From the NCBI RefSeq assembly GCF_009834535.1, contig NC_045697.1, positions 83,268,001 through 83,332,000 of the forward strand: a stretch of 64,000 bases of DNA, in the 5' to 3' direction. Source of the stretch: Camelus ferus. Its lineage: Eukaryota. The notes under the pieces are model-generated. The model did not search any database and had not been told where the DNA came from. It saw nothing but the letters and a program-made list of their open reading frames with translations. Shown here in pieces: positions 1-11,025 of this stretch. Within the stretch, counting starts at the first letter, position 1; each line of letters opens with the position of its first letter. A program made the position numbers and the translations under genes.

Positions 1-979
1 ACAGAAGTCTGAGTGAAATGATGTAAAGACAGGACATTTAAGGAAAGATATGCTGAGCAGAGAAATTTAGACAAAATAAAAAGCAAGAGCTTTGAGAAAG
101 GCATAAAAACAGCATCCATCATGATCTATAGGTGGTAAATAAACTGTTTAAACATAATAGAGTTATATCAGTTCATACTAAAATAACGATGGAAAATGTT
201 TGCAAGTACCTACAGGGAGTAAGACAATTATTAAGGAAGAGAGGATAGAGAGGTTTCTTATTTCACAATAAGCTCTTCTGAACATTTAATCTTTACTATG
301 CACATATATTACTTTGCTAAAGATTAAACTATTTTATCTAACCCCAAGACTTTGCACAGTACTCCATACAGCTCCATTATATAATTATCGTATTGGATTT
401 ATGCTTAATGAGTATGGGGCTATGTTTATATCAGATACTGAACTTTAAAATAAGAATTGAAAATCTCTGCTACTATTTCACTAAGTTGGACTTAAAAGCT
501 TTTCTGTCTGTTCTCTTTTTCCCAAGAGCAACATTTCAATCATGAATGCGCCTGCATCCATTTCCTACTTAGCCTCACCTTCTTCAGAAGTCTTAAATAA
601 TTGCTAAATTTCTGAGTAAAATTCTCTCTGTTTTCATCAGAACTAACAAACACTAAAGGTAACTTCAATTCTCAAGCATACTGTCTGGCTAAGAGTTTAG
701 GAGAAGTTCCTGAACATATTGTGAACATCTCAAAGTACATAATTTCTTTCTTCTGTGTCAGTACTTTACCAAAGTCTCTTAAGGAGTTCTGGGGGAGAAC
801 AGACTGTAATCACTCATGGAAAATAAGAACAGGAAATATGATAATAAGTTCCAAATATATTTAGCATGATAAAACTTTGATGAGTTGCAAATGCACTATA
901 TTCTATGTCGTTTTTTTTAAACAGTACTTCAGAGAAATTTGTCATTGGCATTCAAAATTAATGTTGCCATTAATAAATA

Positions 980-1196
980 CAATTGACCCTTGAGCAACGG
1001 GGAGGTTAGGGGTCCTGACCATTATGCAGTAGAAAAATAAGCATATAACTTTACAGTCAGCCCTCCATACGGTAGTTCTACATCCACAGATTCAACCAAC
1101 CACAGCATCGTGTATTAACCACAGTATGCACTATTGAAAAAAACCCACATATAAGCAGATCCTTGCAGTTCAAACACATTGGACAAGAATCAACAG
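980..1196. mobile_element. Tigger2-derived MITE (MER8/Tigger2a-like, TcMar-Tigger)
   Basis: Termini caattgacccttgagcaac...ggacaagaatcaacag resemble the Tigger2 TIR CAGTTGACCCTTGAACAAC; flanked by TA at 978-979 and 1197-1198. Confidence 0.8.
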
Positions 1197-1416
1197 TACT
1201 AAAATGTATAGCCTGTGCTTACTGTTTTAATTCTGTGTCTAAAGCATTATCAAACTGTAGCACAATGTTTAGGTATTATCTTTCTTAAAAAGTAGGAACA
1301 CATCTTACTCAGATGCTCTCAGATATTAATCGATAACAATGTACTTAGACATTTGATTTGATTTTTTTCAATACATAGTGTGTGTGGATAAGTTTATTTA
1401 AGAATAAGGGTAAATT

Positions 1417-1441
1417 TCAATAAAAAATGTTAAAAAAAAAA
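1417..1441 (+). mobile_element. Ultra-short 5'-truncated young L1 3' tail with TSD
   Basis: tcaataaaaaatgtt+A-tail is identical to the L1 end at 40076-40099; 17-bp TSD at 1400-1416 / 1442-1458 with 1 mismatch. Confidence 0.8.
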
Positions 1442-2039
1442 AAGAATAACGGTAAATTAAGTAAAATAACTTCACTAAAACAAAGACCAAAAGGTTGAAA
1501 AGATCTTCATTTAAAAATATTTCTTTACTCCTTAAAATATTTTTTTCATAATTACTCCCTTTTTTCTCTTTCTGGAAGCACGTAACTAACCCTGTGCATT
1601 GTACTCCCAGATGTTCATGATCAAATTGAATCTTTAATTTAGTTAAATCCACATTAGCTTTTGCCAATTTTTGTTAAAGTAAAAAAATCAAGTCACTGAA
1701 GGAAAAAATGATATTATCTCACGAGCTATCATTTTAGTAAATGTAGTGTTGTCACTTAGTCATATCAAAAAAAAAAGACCTTTACCTTTAGTCATTTGGT
1801 GCCTAATAAAGAATTGCATTTTATTTTTAACATTGGTGTTTATAAAAGTATGTTGACCTGTGTAAAAATCACTGGAGATTAGTATTTCTACTACAGATTA
1901 TTCTTTAATAATGTGAAATTTAAATATAAATGGATATAGCATGTAATCGGGGATAAAGCAATGTCACTTCTAGGAAACTCACATTCAAAGTCATGTGAAA
2001 TTCATTAAAGAGTTCCTAAATGTTATTTATTATGCCAAC

Positions 2040-2530
2040 ATTATTTAATGAAAATATTCATGTATTTATCAATGTATTCAGTGATAATTCATGTATCTAT
2101 CAAATATATAAATTTATCATATTTATATATGTCAACTATGTGCCAAGCACTATACAATGCATGGGTAATTCAAAGTAAATGGAGCAAAGCCCAATGCTTA
2201 TAATCTATGGAGGAAATAAAAAGAAGAATGTCTTCCCAGAGGAGAGGTTGTCTAAAATGAGCTTCTGAGAAGTGAATCAGCAGAGAACAGCTTGCAGGCA
2301 AAGGAAGCAGCAAAATCTGATTCCCAAGGCAGCATCACACAGCTTTTTCAGCAACACCGTAGGAGTAAGATGTGGATGAGCTTTAGGACGGAAGGTTGAA
2401 AATGATGGGTGGAAAACTGATCAAGAGGCTAATATGCCTTGCTGAAGAGTTTGGGTGTTATCCTATACAGAATTGCATTGAAGATTTTTAGCAAGAATTG
2501 ATTTATGATATTCTGCAGTTTTCCCAGATC
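2040..2530 (-). mobile_element. L2 LINE 3' fragment
   Basis: actatgtgccaagcact, cttcccagaggagagg and gctgaagagtttggg are typical antisense L2 motifs. Confidence 0.6.
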
Positions 2531-3191
2531 TAGAAGAAAGACTTATCTATGTAGATAAATAAGCTGTCACTTTAGGATATTTCTTTTTATAAGCAAACCA
2601 ATTATTCTCCTTATAAAAAGAAACTTGTAGTTAATTCTATTTCTAAGAAATACTTCCTCCTGCAAGTATTTCTTAATTTTTAATTCTCTAACATGAACTG
2701 ACATGCAAATGTGACTTTCTTTAAGACTAGGATAGGTAGCACTCCCAAGTCACTCCCACTTCAACTGCCTCTTTGCAGACATAATTATCAGAAATATAAA
2801 TTGTACCAAAAGAAAACGCAGAACTTTGTTCTTTTCTAGTTACCTTTCCCTTTACTTTAAAGATTCAGAAACTGAGAACAAGAGGGGAAGGCAATTTCCC
2901 CTAGTCATACAGTTTTGTCAAGAATTGAAGATTTTCTAAAACGAGAGAATTTATTTTCAAGTGAAAATACAAATGCTATTTTTATTTTTAGAAGCCACTG
3001 TTAAAAATACAGGGAAAACATCATTTATTCTTGATAATTTCTTGTTTATGCTTGTGGATGAAACTGGAAAGTACAGTGTCTCGTGTGAACTTTTTCCCAA
3101 AATGTGTGTGGAGTTCATTCTTTTTATAGTTGTCACAATAGCTCAAAGGGTTTAACTGGCCTCTGTTTAATCATTAATGTTTTAATACACA

Positions 3192-3997
3192 TTTTAATTG
3201 AAGTAGAGTTGATGTACAACATTATAAAAGTTACAGGTGTACAACATACTGATTCACAATTTTTAAAGGTTATACTCCATTTACAGTTATTATAAAATAT
3301 TGGCTACATTACCTTGTTGTACAATATATTCTTCTAGCTCATTTTAGGCGTAATAGTTTGTACCTCATCATCCCCTACCCCTATATTTCTCCTCCCCCTT
3401 TCCCTCTCCACACTGGTAACCACAGTTTGTTCTCTATATCTGTGAGTCAGCTTCTTTTTAGTTATAGTCACTAGTTTGTTGTATTTTTTAGATTTCACAC
3501 ATAAGTGATACCATACAGTATTTATCTTTCTCTGTCTGATTTATTTCACTTAGCATACCTTCCAAATCCATCCATGTTGTTGCAAATGGCAACATTTCAT
3601 TCTTTTTTATGGCTGATTAATATTCTATTGTATATAAATATACCATGTCACCTTTATCCATTCATCTGTTGATGAACACTTAGGTTGTTTCCATATCTTG
3701 GCAATTATAAATAATGCCGCTATAAACATTGGGGTGCATATATCTTTTCAAATTAATGTTCTTGATTTTTTCAGATAAATACCTAGGAGTGGAGTTGCTG
3801 GGTCATTTTCCATTTTTGAGAAAACTCCATACTGTTTCCCTGGTGACTACACCAATTTACATTCTCACCAACAACAGGGGTTCTCTTTTCTCCACATCTT
3901 CAGCAACATTTGCTATTTGTGGTCTTTTTGATGATAGCCATCTGACAGTTGTGAGATGATTATCTCATTGTGGTTTTAATTTGCATTTCTCTGATGT
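3192..3997 (-). mobile_element. L1 3' end (artiodactyl L1_Art-like), ORF2 C-terminus plus 3'UTR
   Basis: ttgaagtagagttgatgtacaac...tccatccatgttgttgcaaatggc...ctcattgtggttttaatttgcatttc is the antisense L1 3' end. Confidence 0.9.
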
Positions 3998-4075
3998 TAA
4001 CAATCTTTTCACATTAGGCTGAGTACTTTAATTTGTTTAACATTTTGACATTTCATTTTGATCTTTTTTCATGTG

Positions 4076-4228
4076 TTATTCTCACAAAAACTCAGGCAAG
4101 TAGGGGGAGAAGATAATATTATCTAATATTTTCATGTAAGGATAAATGAAACTCAGAAGGATTTAAGTCTTATGCAACACAGCCAACTCTAAACCCTGGT
4201 CTTTTAAATCTAGTTCTGGACACTTTCA
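4076..4228 (-). mobile_element. MIR SINE fragment
   Basis: attttcatgtaaggataaatgaaactcagaagg, degenerate antisense MIR core. Confidence 0.55.
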
Positions 4229-4359
4229 AGCACATGTTCTGTCCCCTCTCCCACTCCTTCCCATACAAAACATAGTGAAAATTCCCATGACTAAAACCTG
4301 ATAAGCTATGCAAACTCAACAGATCAGATACACCTACCTACATATCTTATTATTTTTTT

Positions 4360-4487
4360 TATTTATAAAAATGAGGATAACAATATCCATCTCATGAAGA
4401 TTTGTCTGATGAAGGGTAAATGAGATTACAAACATGCTACACCCAGTCAATGACTATCACACAGTAGACACTCAAGAAACATTAGCC
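4360..4487 (+). mobile_element. MIR SINE 3' half
   Basis: tataaaaatgaggataacaat...cacacagtagacactcaagaaacattagc. Confidence 0.6.
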
Positions 4488-4869
4488 CCATTTTGCACTT
4501 AACTATATCCTTGTATTAATCTACCCCCATGCTTCTCGATTGGGCTCTCCCTATGGGTAGGAGACGGTATACCAGATGAGGTACAGTAACTCTCTTGGGA
4601 CAATGACTCTTTAAGGACATGCAATTTTACTCACATTTTGGAGAGATACTAAATACTGTAAATGATCACTAATTTTACCTTAAAAAAATAAACTCAGACA
4701 AATGAAAAAATAAGAAATAAAGCTCATATAAATTTGTAGGATTTCAAAGAAATTCTCTTCTCTTAGGTTACCTTGGGCTGTCCCTGTATTTGCTCTATCA
4801 TGCTTGCTTGGCATTTTGGTGGAAAAGTGTAAGAAGCAAACAAGAGGAAATTTTTAAAAATATACTATA

Positions 4870-5440
4870 TATAATAACAACTTTGGAAAACTTTTTAGCA
4901 CTAAATCTGAACATTTACCTGTCCTAAGACATAGCAATTTTATTACTAGGTTTATGCCTAGCAGAAATGTGCACCAAAAAAACATGCAATCAAATGTTTA
5001 TAGCAGTACTCTTTGCTGCATCTCCAATGTTGAAACTACTCAAAATGCCCACAAGAATAGAACTGATAAATTGTGTTTTTGCACAAAGAATACACAGAAA
5101 TGAGAATTGACGATCTAAAACCCTCTGTAGCCCAGGAATGAATCTCACAAACCTAATGTTAAATGACAATGGCTAGAACAAGAGTACACACAATATAACT
5201 TTATTTGTATAAAGATCAAAAACAAACAAAACTAACCTACACCAGTAGAATTCAGGGTAAGGTTTTCCTCAGGGAGGTGAAGTAATCTGAAGAGGGCACG
5301 GGGTGCTGTTGGGTATTGATAATATTCTGTTTCTTCATCTGTAAGGGGCCGGTGACACAGGTTGTTTGGTTTGGAAAAATTCCTTAAATTACAATTACAA
5401 TAATTGTATTTTTCCACATGTATATTATAGTTTAACAAAT
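4870..5440 (+). mobile_element. Ancient L1ME-type 3' end
   Basis: caactttggaaaac, atgaatctcacaaacctaatgtt, ataatattctgtttcttcatctg. Confidence 0.75.
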
Positions 5441-5844
5441 GTATTTTTTTAATTATAGGGAAATACAAAGGAACTACCATAAAATTTCACAGATTATTTT
5501 CCCATTATGTTTAGAGATTGCTGTTCAAGATATTCTTGACTTCCATGGAGATGGATAAACAAACTTATTATAATGAGAACTTCCAATACTAACAATATGA
5601 ATTTTTACTGCATATTAAATTCTAAATTTCCACAGTAAAATTATAAATGTGTTTGAAATGATTTTGAGATATCTGTAGAAAAACTAAAACTTTTATGCTA
5701 ATTAAATAATATTTTGGTGTTTATTTTTTAAAAAGGAACCACATTATGTGCTTACTGCACTGATAAATAATTTTATAAAAACAGATACAGTTAATAAATG
5801 TATAAAGGTGTATTTTAAGAACTCTGTTTTATTTCTTTTGTTTA

Positions 5845-5970
5845 TATGCCATCTTTCCCCACCATACTAGAAAGTACTTAAAGGCAGGAGCTGTGTCTCA
5901 TTTATTTTGCTATTTCCACCATCTAGCAGGGTTTGCAGTACATAGCAGATTCCTGATGCATGTTGCTAAC
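5845..5970 (+). mobile_element. L2 3' terminal fragment
   Basis: aaaggcaggagctgtgtctcattt...catagcagattcctgatgcatgttg. Confidence 0.5.
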
Positions 5971-6084
5971 TCAAAGAATAATATGGTCATAAATGAGTTA
6001 AGATGCAGGGAAGATAACTTGTTTCCCACTTTCGTTTTTTTTTTTTTGTTTTTTTTTTTAATCACCTGGTCCATCTTCCTCAGT

Positions 6085-6418
6085 TGACATGCAATGAGGA
6101 TATTCTAGTATCCCTTAGTATCCCTACGGAGAAGGCCTCAAGGTAAGGAACTAAGGCCTTTTGCCAACACCCAACACCAGCTGGACAGCTGTGTGAGGAA
6201 GCCATAATGGAAGGTCTATCCATCATCTCCAGTTAATACTCCAGGTGACAACATCCTGGCCAATACCTTGACTGAAACCACAAGAAAGATCCAAGCTAGA
6301 ACCACCTAGGTAAGCCACTCCTGAATTCCTGACCTACAAAAAAAAGTAAGATAGTAACCATTTTTGTTCTAAAACACTGTTTAAGGTAATTTGTTACACA
6401 TCAATTGATAATAAATAC
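6085..6418 (+). mobile_element. MaLR solo LTR (MLT1F-like), 3' part
   Basis: aaggaactaaggcc...aagccactcctgaattcctgacctaca...ggtaatttgttacacatcaattgataataaataca, the MLT1 3' terminus. Confidence 0.8.
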
Positions 6419-6429
6419 ACAAAATGTTG

Positions 6430-7572
6430 TTGATTATGAATAAAGCTGCTATAAAAATTAGTCTTTGTATAGACATAGGTTTTTACTTCTCTCAGGTAAA
6501 TATCTAAGCGTGAGACCTCTCAGCTGTATGGTTTATGTTCATGGCTGTACAATTTTGCATTTTCACCTTGCAACTTTTCAGCTGTTGGTATTCTCAGTTG
6601 TTGTTTTGGTCTTTAGGTGTTTAATAGTATCTCATTGTATTTTAATATACACATTCCTGATGATTAATAATGATAAGCATCCTTTCTGTGTGTTTATTTG
6701 TCTGCCATTTTTCTTTTTTGGCTCAGTGTCTGTATAAGGTTTTTGGTGATTTTTTTTTTAAATGAATTATGCTTTCTAATTGTTGAGCTTTGAGAGTTCT
6801 TGTTATATGCCAATTACAAATCTTTTGGAAATATGTTTACAAATATTTTTTCCCAGCCTCTAGACAATCGTTTCATTTTTTTTAATGTTTTTGAAAATAG
6901 TTTTTAATTCTGATGCAGCAAAATTTATCATTTTTTTCTTTTATGATTCATTCTTTTGGTGTCCTAAGAAAACTCTAAGCCAAACAATTTATTCTATGTT
7001 TTCTTCTAGAAATTTTAGAGTTGTAGGTTTTACATTTAGCTCCACAATCATTTTCATATATATTCTAAAATCATTGACAATTCCACTAAAAAAAAGTCTG
7101 CTTGGATTTTGATTGGATTTGCTGTAACTCAACAGATAAATTTGCAACAAAAAATCTTAACAATTTGTTTTTCTCTGGTCCATGAATATGGTATATCTCT
7201 TCAATTATTTACTTCTTCTGAAGTTTACCTTAGAAATGTTTTACAGTTTCAGATATACAAGTGTGGCATATCTGCTGTTAACATATTTCACATTTTTGAT
7301 GCTATTATAATTTTTTCTTTCAATTTCCACTTATTTTAGTATTTAAAAAAAGATTATTTTGTATATTAATGTTATATACTGAGATGTGTTGAACTCTTAT
7401 CACTTCAAGTAGATTTTTCCCTTGCCTTTTTACAATGCCCAGACCCATTAGTACAACTGAAGTTGTGAGGGTAGTTATCATTGACTGGTTAACAAAGTTA
7501 GGAAACTATTAAATACAGTGTTGCCTTTGAGTTTTTTGTTTTTTTTCTAATATCTATTATCAGGTTGAAGAA
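6430..7572 (-). mobile_element. Old L1M ORF2 fragment (antisense)
   Basis: attatgaataaagctgctata, ttttcttctagaaattttagag, tatcaggttgaagaagt. Confidence 0.8.
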
Positions 7573-7574
7573 GT

Positions 7575-8220
7575 CCTACATACATAAAATTGACAACATA
7601 AATGGACTGGACCAAATCGTCAAAATTCATAAACTGCCAAATCTCACCAAGATGAAATACATAACCTGAACAGTAATGTAACTACTAAAGAAACTAAAAT
7701 TAGAATTAAAAACCTTTCAAAAAATGAATCTCCAGCTACGATAGCTTCAATAGAGAATTTCATCAAACATTAAAGAGTAACTGTGACCAATTATAAACCA
7801 CTTCTTCCTGAAAATAAAACACAAAGGAACACTTTTCAACTCATTTTATGAAATGAATATTTCCCTGGTACCAAAAACAGACAAAAGACAATACAACAAG
7901 AAGAGGGGAAGTAAAAAACTATATAATAGCATCTCATAAGCAGAAATACAAAACTCCTCAAAAATATTATCAAATCAAAAAAAAAAATCTAACAATGAAG
8001 TGAATTTTCTCCTGAGAATATAAGGCTAGTGATGTATCTAAAAATTAAATTATATAATCCATAATATTAATGACATAAATCACATGATCATGTAAAATGA
8101 TGCAGCAAAAGCAGTTTACAAAATCCACACCCATTCATCATAACTCTCAGTGAACTATAAATAAAACGTAAATTTTGAACCTGATAAAAGGCATTTCCCA
8201 AAAACTACATGCAACATCTG
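7575..8220 (+). mobile_element. Old L1M ORF2 fragment (sense, upstream of and into RT); possible inverted 5' part of 6430-7572
   Basis: aaaattgacaac...caactcattttatga...aaatcacatgatcat...aacctgataaaaggcat. Confidence 0.8.
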
Positions 8221-8229
8221 CCCCCCCAA

Positions 8230-8900
8230 AATGGATTCATAACTCATATCACAACCAAAAGAGAGTCCAAATAAATCAGTGATTAAATGCAAAAGAAAAT
8301 ATATATTTACAAGTATTAGAACAAAACAAAGGAAAATACTTTATGATGCCAAATCCAGAAATGATAAGAGAGGGGATTAATAAATATGATGACTTTTTTT
8401 TAAAAGTCATTGCAAGAAACCTTATAAGTAAATTCAAAATACAAATGACAATCTAGGAGACTATATTTCCATAAACATATGGAATATGCAATGCTTTACT
8501 TATAAAAGAAATGTGAATGAAAATGATATTGTGATATCATTCCTTGCCTGTGAGTGGTGAAATTTAAATAACTGACAACTCACTATGTTGGCAAGGCAAA
8601 CAGAGAAACACTGGAGGGGAATTTGGTAAAACCCAAAATGACATTTGCATTCGAACCAGCAATCAAACTTCTAGAATCCTTCTAGGAATTTATTTAGAAG
8701 ACATATGAATCTCTTAAAATACAGTACTCCAAGTGCATCAATTTCATTACTGATAGTAGAAAATCAGAAACAAGCAAAAGACAATCAATTATGCTACCTA
8801 TATGAAAGAGTACTATGCAGCCAGAAAGAGGACACATAATCTCTCTATAAACTGATAGGTACTGATTACCCAGATAAGATTATTAAGTGAACTAAAGCAA
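8230..8900 (+). mobile_element. Highly decayed L1ME ORF2 3' region
   Basis: attagaacaaaacaaagg, ccagcaatcaaacttctag, gagtactatgcagcc, tattaagtgaa. Confidence 0.55.
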
Positions 8901-10191
8901 TGATCTTTAAAATACTTTAACAAAGAAATAAGTAAACAACTGAATAAGAAAAAGTTGTAAACTCTTAAATTATTTTAGCATCTCTACTTCCATACTACTT
9001 TTTCTTCATTAAATAGTTTTGACATTTATCATGCTAAAAAAATTAAAACCTAGGAATTTAAAAATCATATACAATAGTTTTATTTACTTTCAAAGCTTCC
9101 TTCTATTTACATAAGATTAGATCTATAGTTTCAAGCAAAGGAATCATAACTGCTGAGCTACCCACTTTTCCTTCCCTAAGGTTTCAAACAGAAAAGAAAT
9201 AACTGAAAGGCTCATATTCTGATATCTAATAAGGATTTAATCGTTCTCAGTCTAGGATGGAAGAGAATTATTCAATTGAAAAAGTAGGTTGTACCATCCT
9301 TTCACTCACGAGAATCTCTAGAGTTCACTACGTATCACTCCAGCAAGAGTGTAGGACTGAGCGCAGCCACCCTAAAGAATGGCAGCATTTCCTGACCCTG
9401 AAAATGTACTTTCTATCAGGTTGCTGATGCCCAAGCATCAAAAGACATTCTGCTCTGCAGTTCTCTTTAGGAAAAAATATTCAGTAACCTCACTTCTTTG
9501 GTAAAAGGCATCTGATTTTAAAAGCTTGAATAGATAATGGGACTTAACAAATTTTGTTCTCTTTGTGGAAAAGAAAACGTAAATGCTCAACAAACATTGG
9601 GGAAGAGACTGTGTGAAGAAAAAAACCCAACAGATCCCTCCCACCACCACCACTCCCAAGTCAAGTAAAACCTATGACTTTGGTGCATTTTTATAAACAC
9701 AAGAGTGTAATACTGAGAATACAGGCATGTAGAAAAATGGAAAAATAGCTTGCAACTGACTACTTAAAAAGGAAAAGTCTTCTGAATTTTTGAAATTTAT
9801 AGAGTTTATTTTTCTTTTAGTTCCATGCCCCTAGAAAGGGACATTCAAAAGTTTCTCTTGCATTGAAATCATGCTCACAGCTGCTCTCAACCAGTTCCTA
9901 ACAGATTTCCTCCATTTCCCCTCAGTCCTTAAATATGCTCTTTAACATTTAAACTTTCCCTTGTCTTGTTTCATCCTACAAAAGCTAATTATACTGGGTT
10001 AAAGGGATTATGGAGGGAAGTATTCCACGAGTCCTTTTTAGTTTACTAGAAACAACCACGACCATAGGTATGATGACTTTGCATTTTTGAAGTGATACAA
10101 GCGTCACAAACTTAAGTCCTTCCAACCTGAGCCTGTCCTCCCCACCTTGCCTTCCTCCTGGTCTCACTATGTGCTCTCCTCACACCCTGGA

Positions 10192-10270
10192 CTTCTATTT
10201 AGTTGGCCATCTGTAGTGCTAGATTGAGAACCTTCTATTTAGTTGGCCATCTGTAGTGCTAGATTGAGAA
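10192..10270. repeat. Perfect 39-bp tandem duplication (period 40) within an L2-like relic
   Basis: cttctatttagttggccatctgtagtgctagattgagaa at 10192-10230 and 10232-10270. Confidence 0.95.
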
Positions 10271-10850
10271 AATAAGAATCTGTCTTATTTTTTCACGACC
10301 TACACCATCCACAAGGTATTTAATACATATTTTAAATACATAAATGAAGGGCTTGGAACCTTAAGTAAATGGCTGATAGAAACATTCCTCTTACATCTAC
10401 AGGGCTTGGTGTTTCTCTTTGCAGTGGCTCCTTCTCTGGGTTAGCTGCAGAGCACACCACGGCTAGGACCCATCCCTGACTCCTGTCCTTCTCCCCTTTT
10501 GCCATTCAGGGAAGACCTGTGTTAGTGGGACTCACGGGAAAAGATGGAAACAGAAGCAGGATACCTTTGCTCTTGAAACGTCCCCTTTATCTCTGCCCCC
10601 AGTGCAACTGGTGGTTGTGTCATTGGCAGTTTCCATTTGTTGTATTCCTTATTTCCTATTCTTTCCCACCTAACTCAAAAAGGATTGATTGATTGATTGA
10701 TTTTACTTTGAAATGGAGTTGAATGTTGCTGCCTGTCAGGAAAACTGTCTGTGAAGCAAACAAAATTTGAAGCAGCATTTGAACAGTAATAGGTATTGTG
10801 AAGAGCTACAAATGCTATAAAAAAAGCAATTCAGGGACTAACTGTAATAG

Positions 10851-11025
10851 TAATAATTAATATTTATTGAGCACTGAATATGGGCCAGATATTTTGCTAG
10901 GCAGTTTACACTTACTTCTCCAAGCAACTTTTTTTGAGATAAGCATTATTACCTTTTACAGATGAGGAAGCAATCACATGGCTAGCACTCAAAATAGGTT
11001 TATCTGACATGAAAGTATACTCACT
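10851..11025 (-). mobile_element. MIR SINE
   Basis: tatttattgagcact...ttttacagatgaggaagc. Confidence 0.7.

Noticed and set aside
9310..9398. Minus-strand exon candidate (ttttcag...gtgagt)
   Set aside because: Stop codons in all three frames and no other support
10192..10270. CRISPR-like direct repeat
   Set aside because: Only two adjacent copies with no spacer, in a mammalian context with no cas genes
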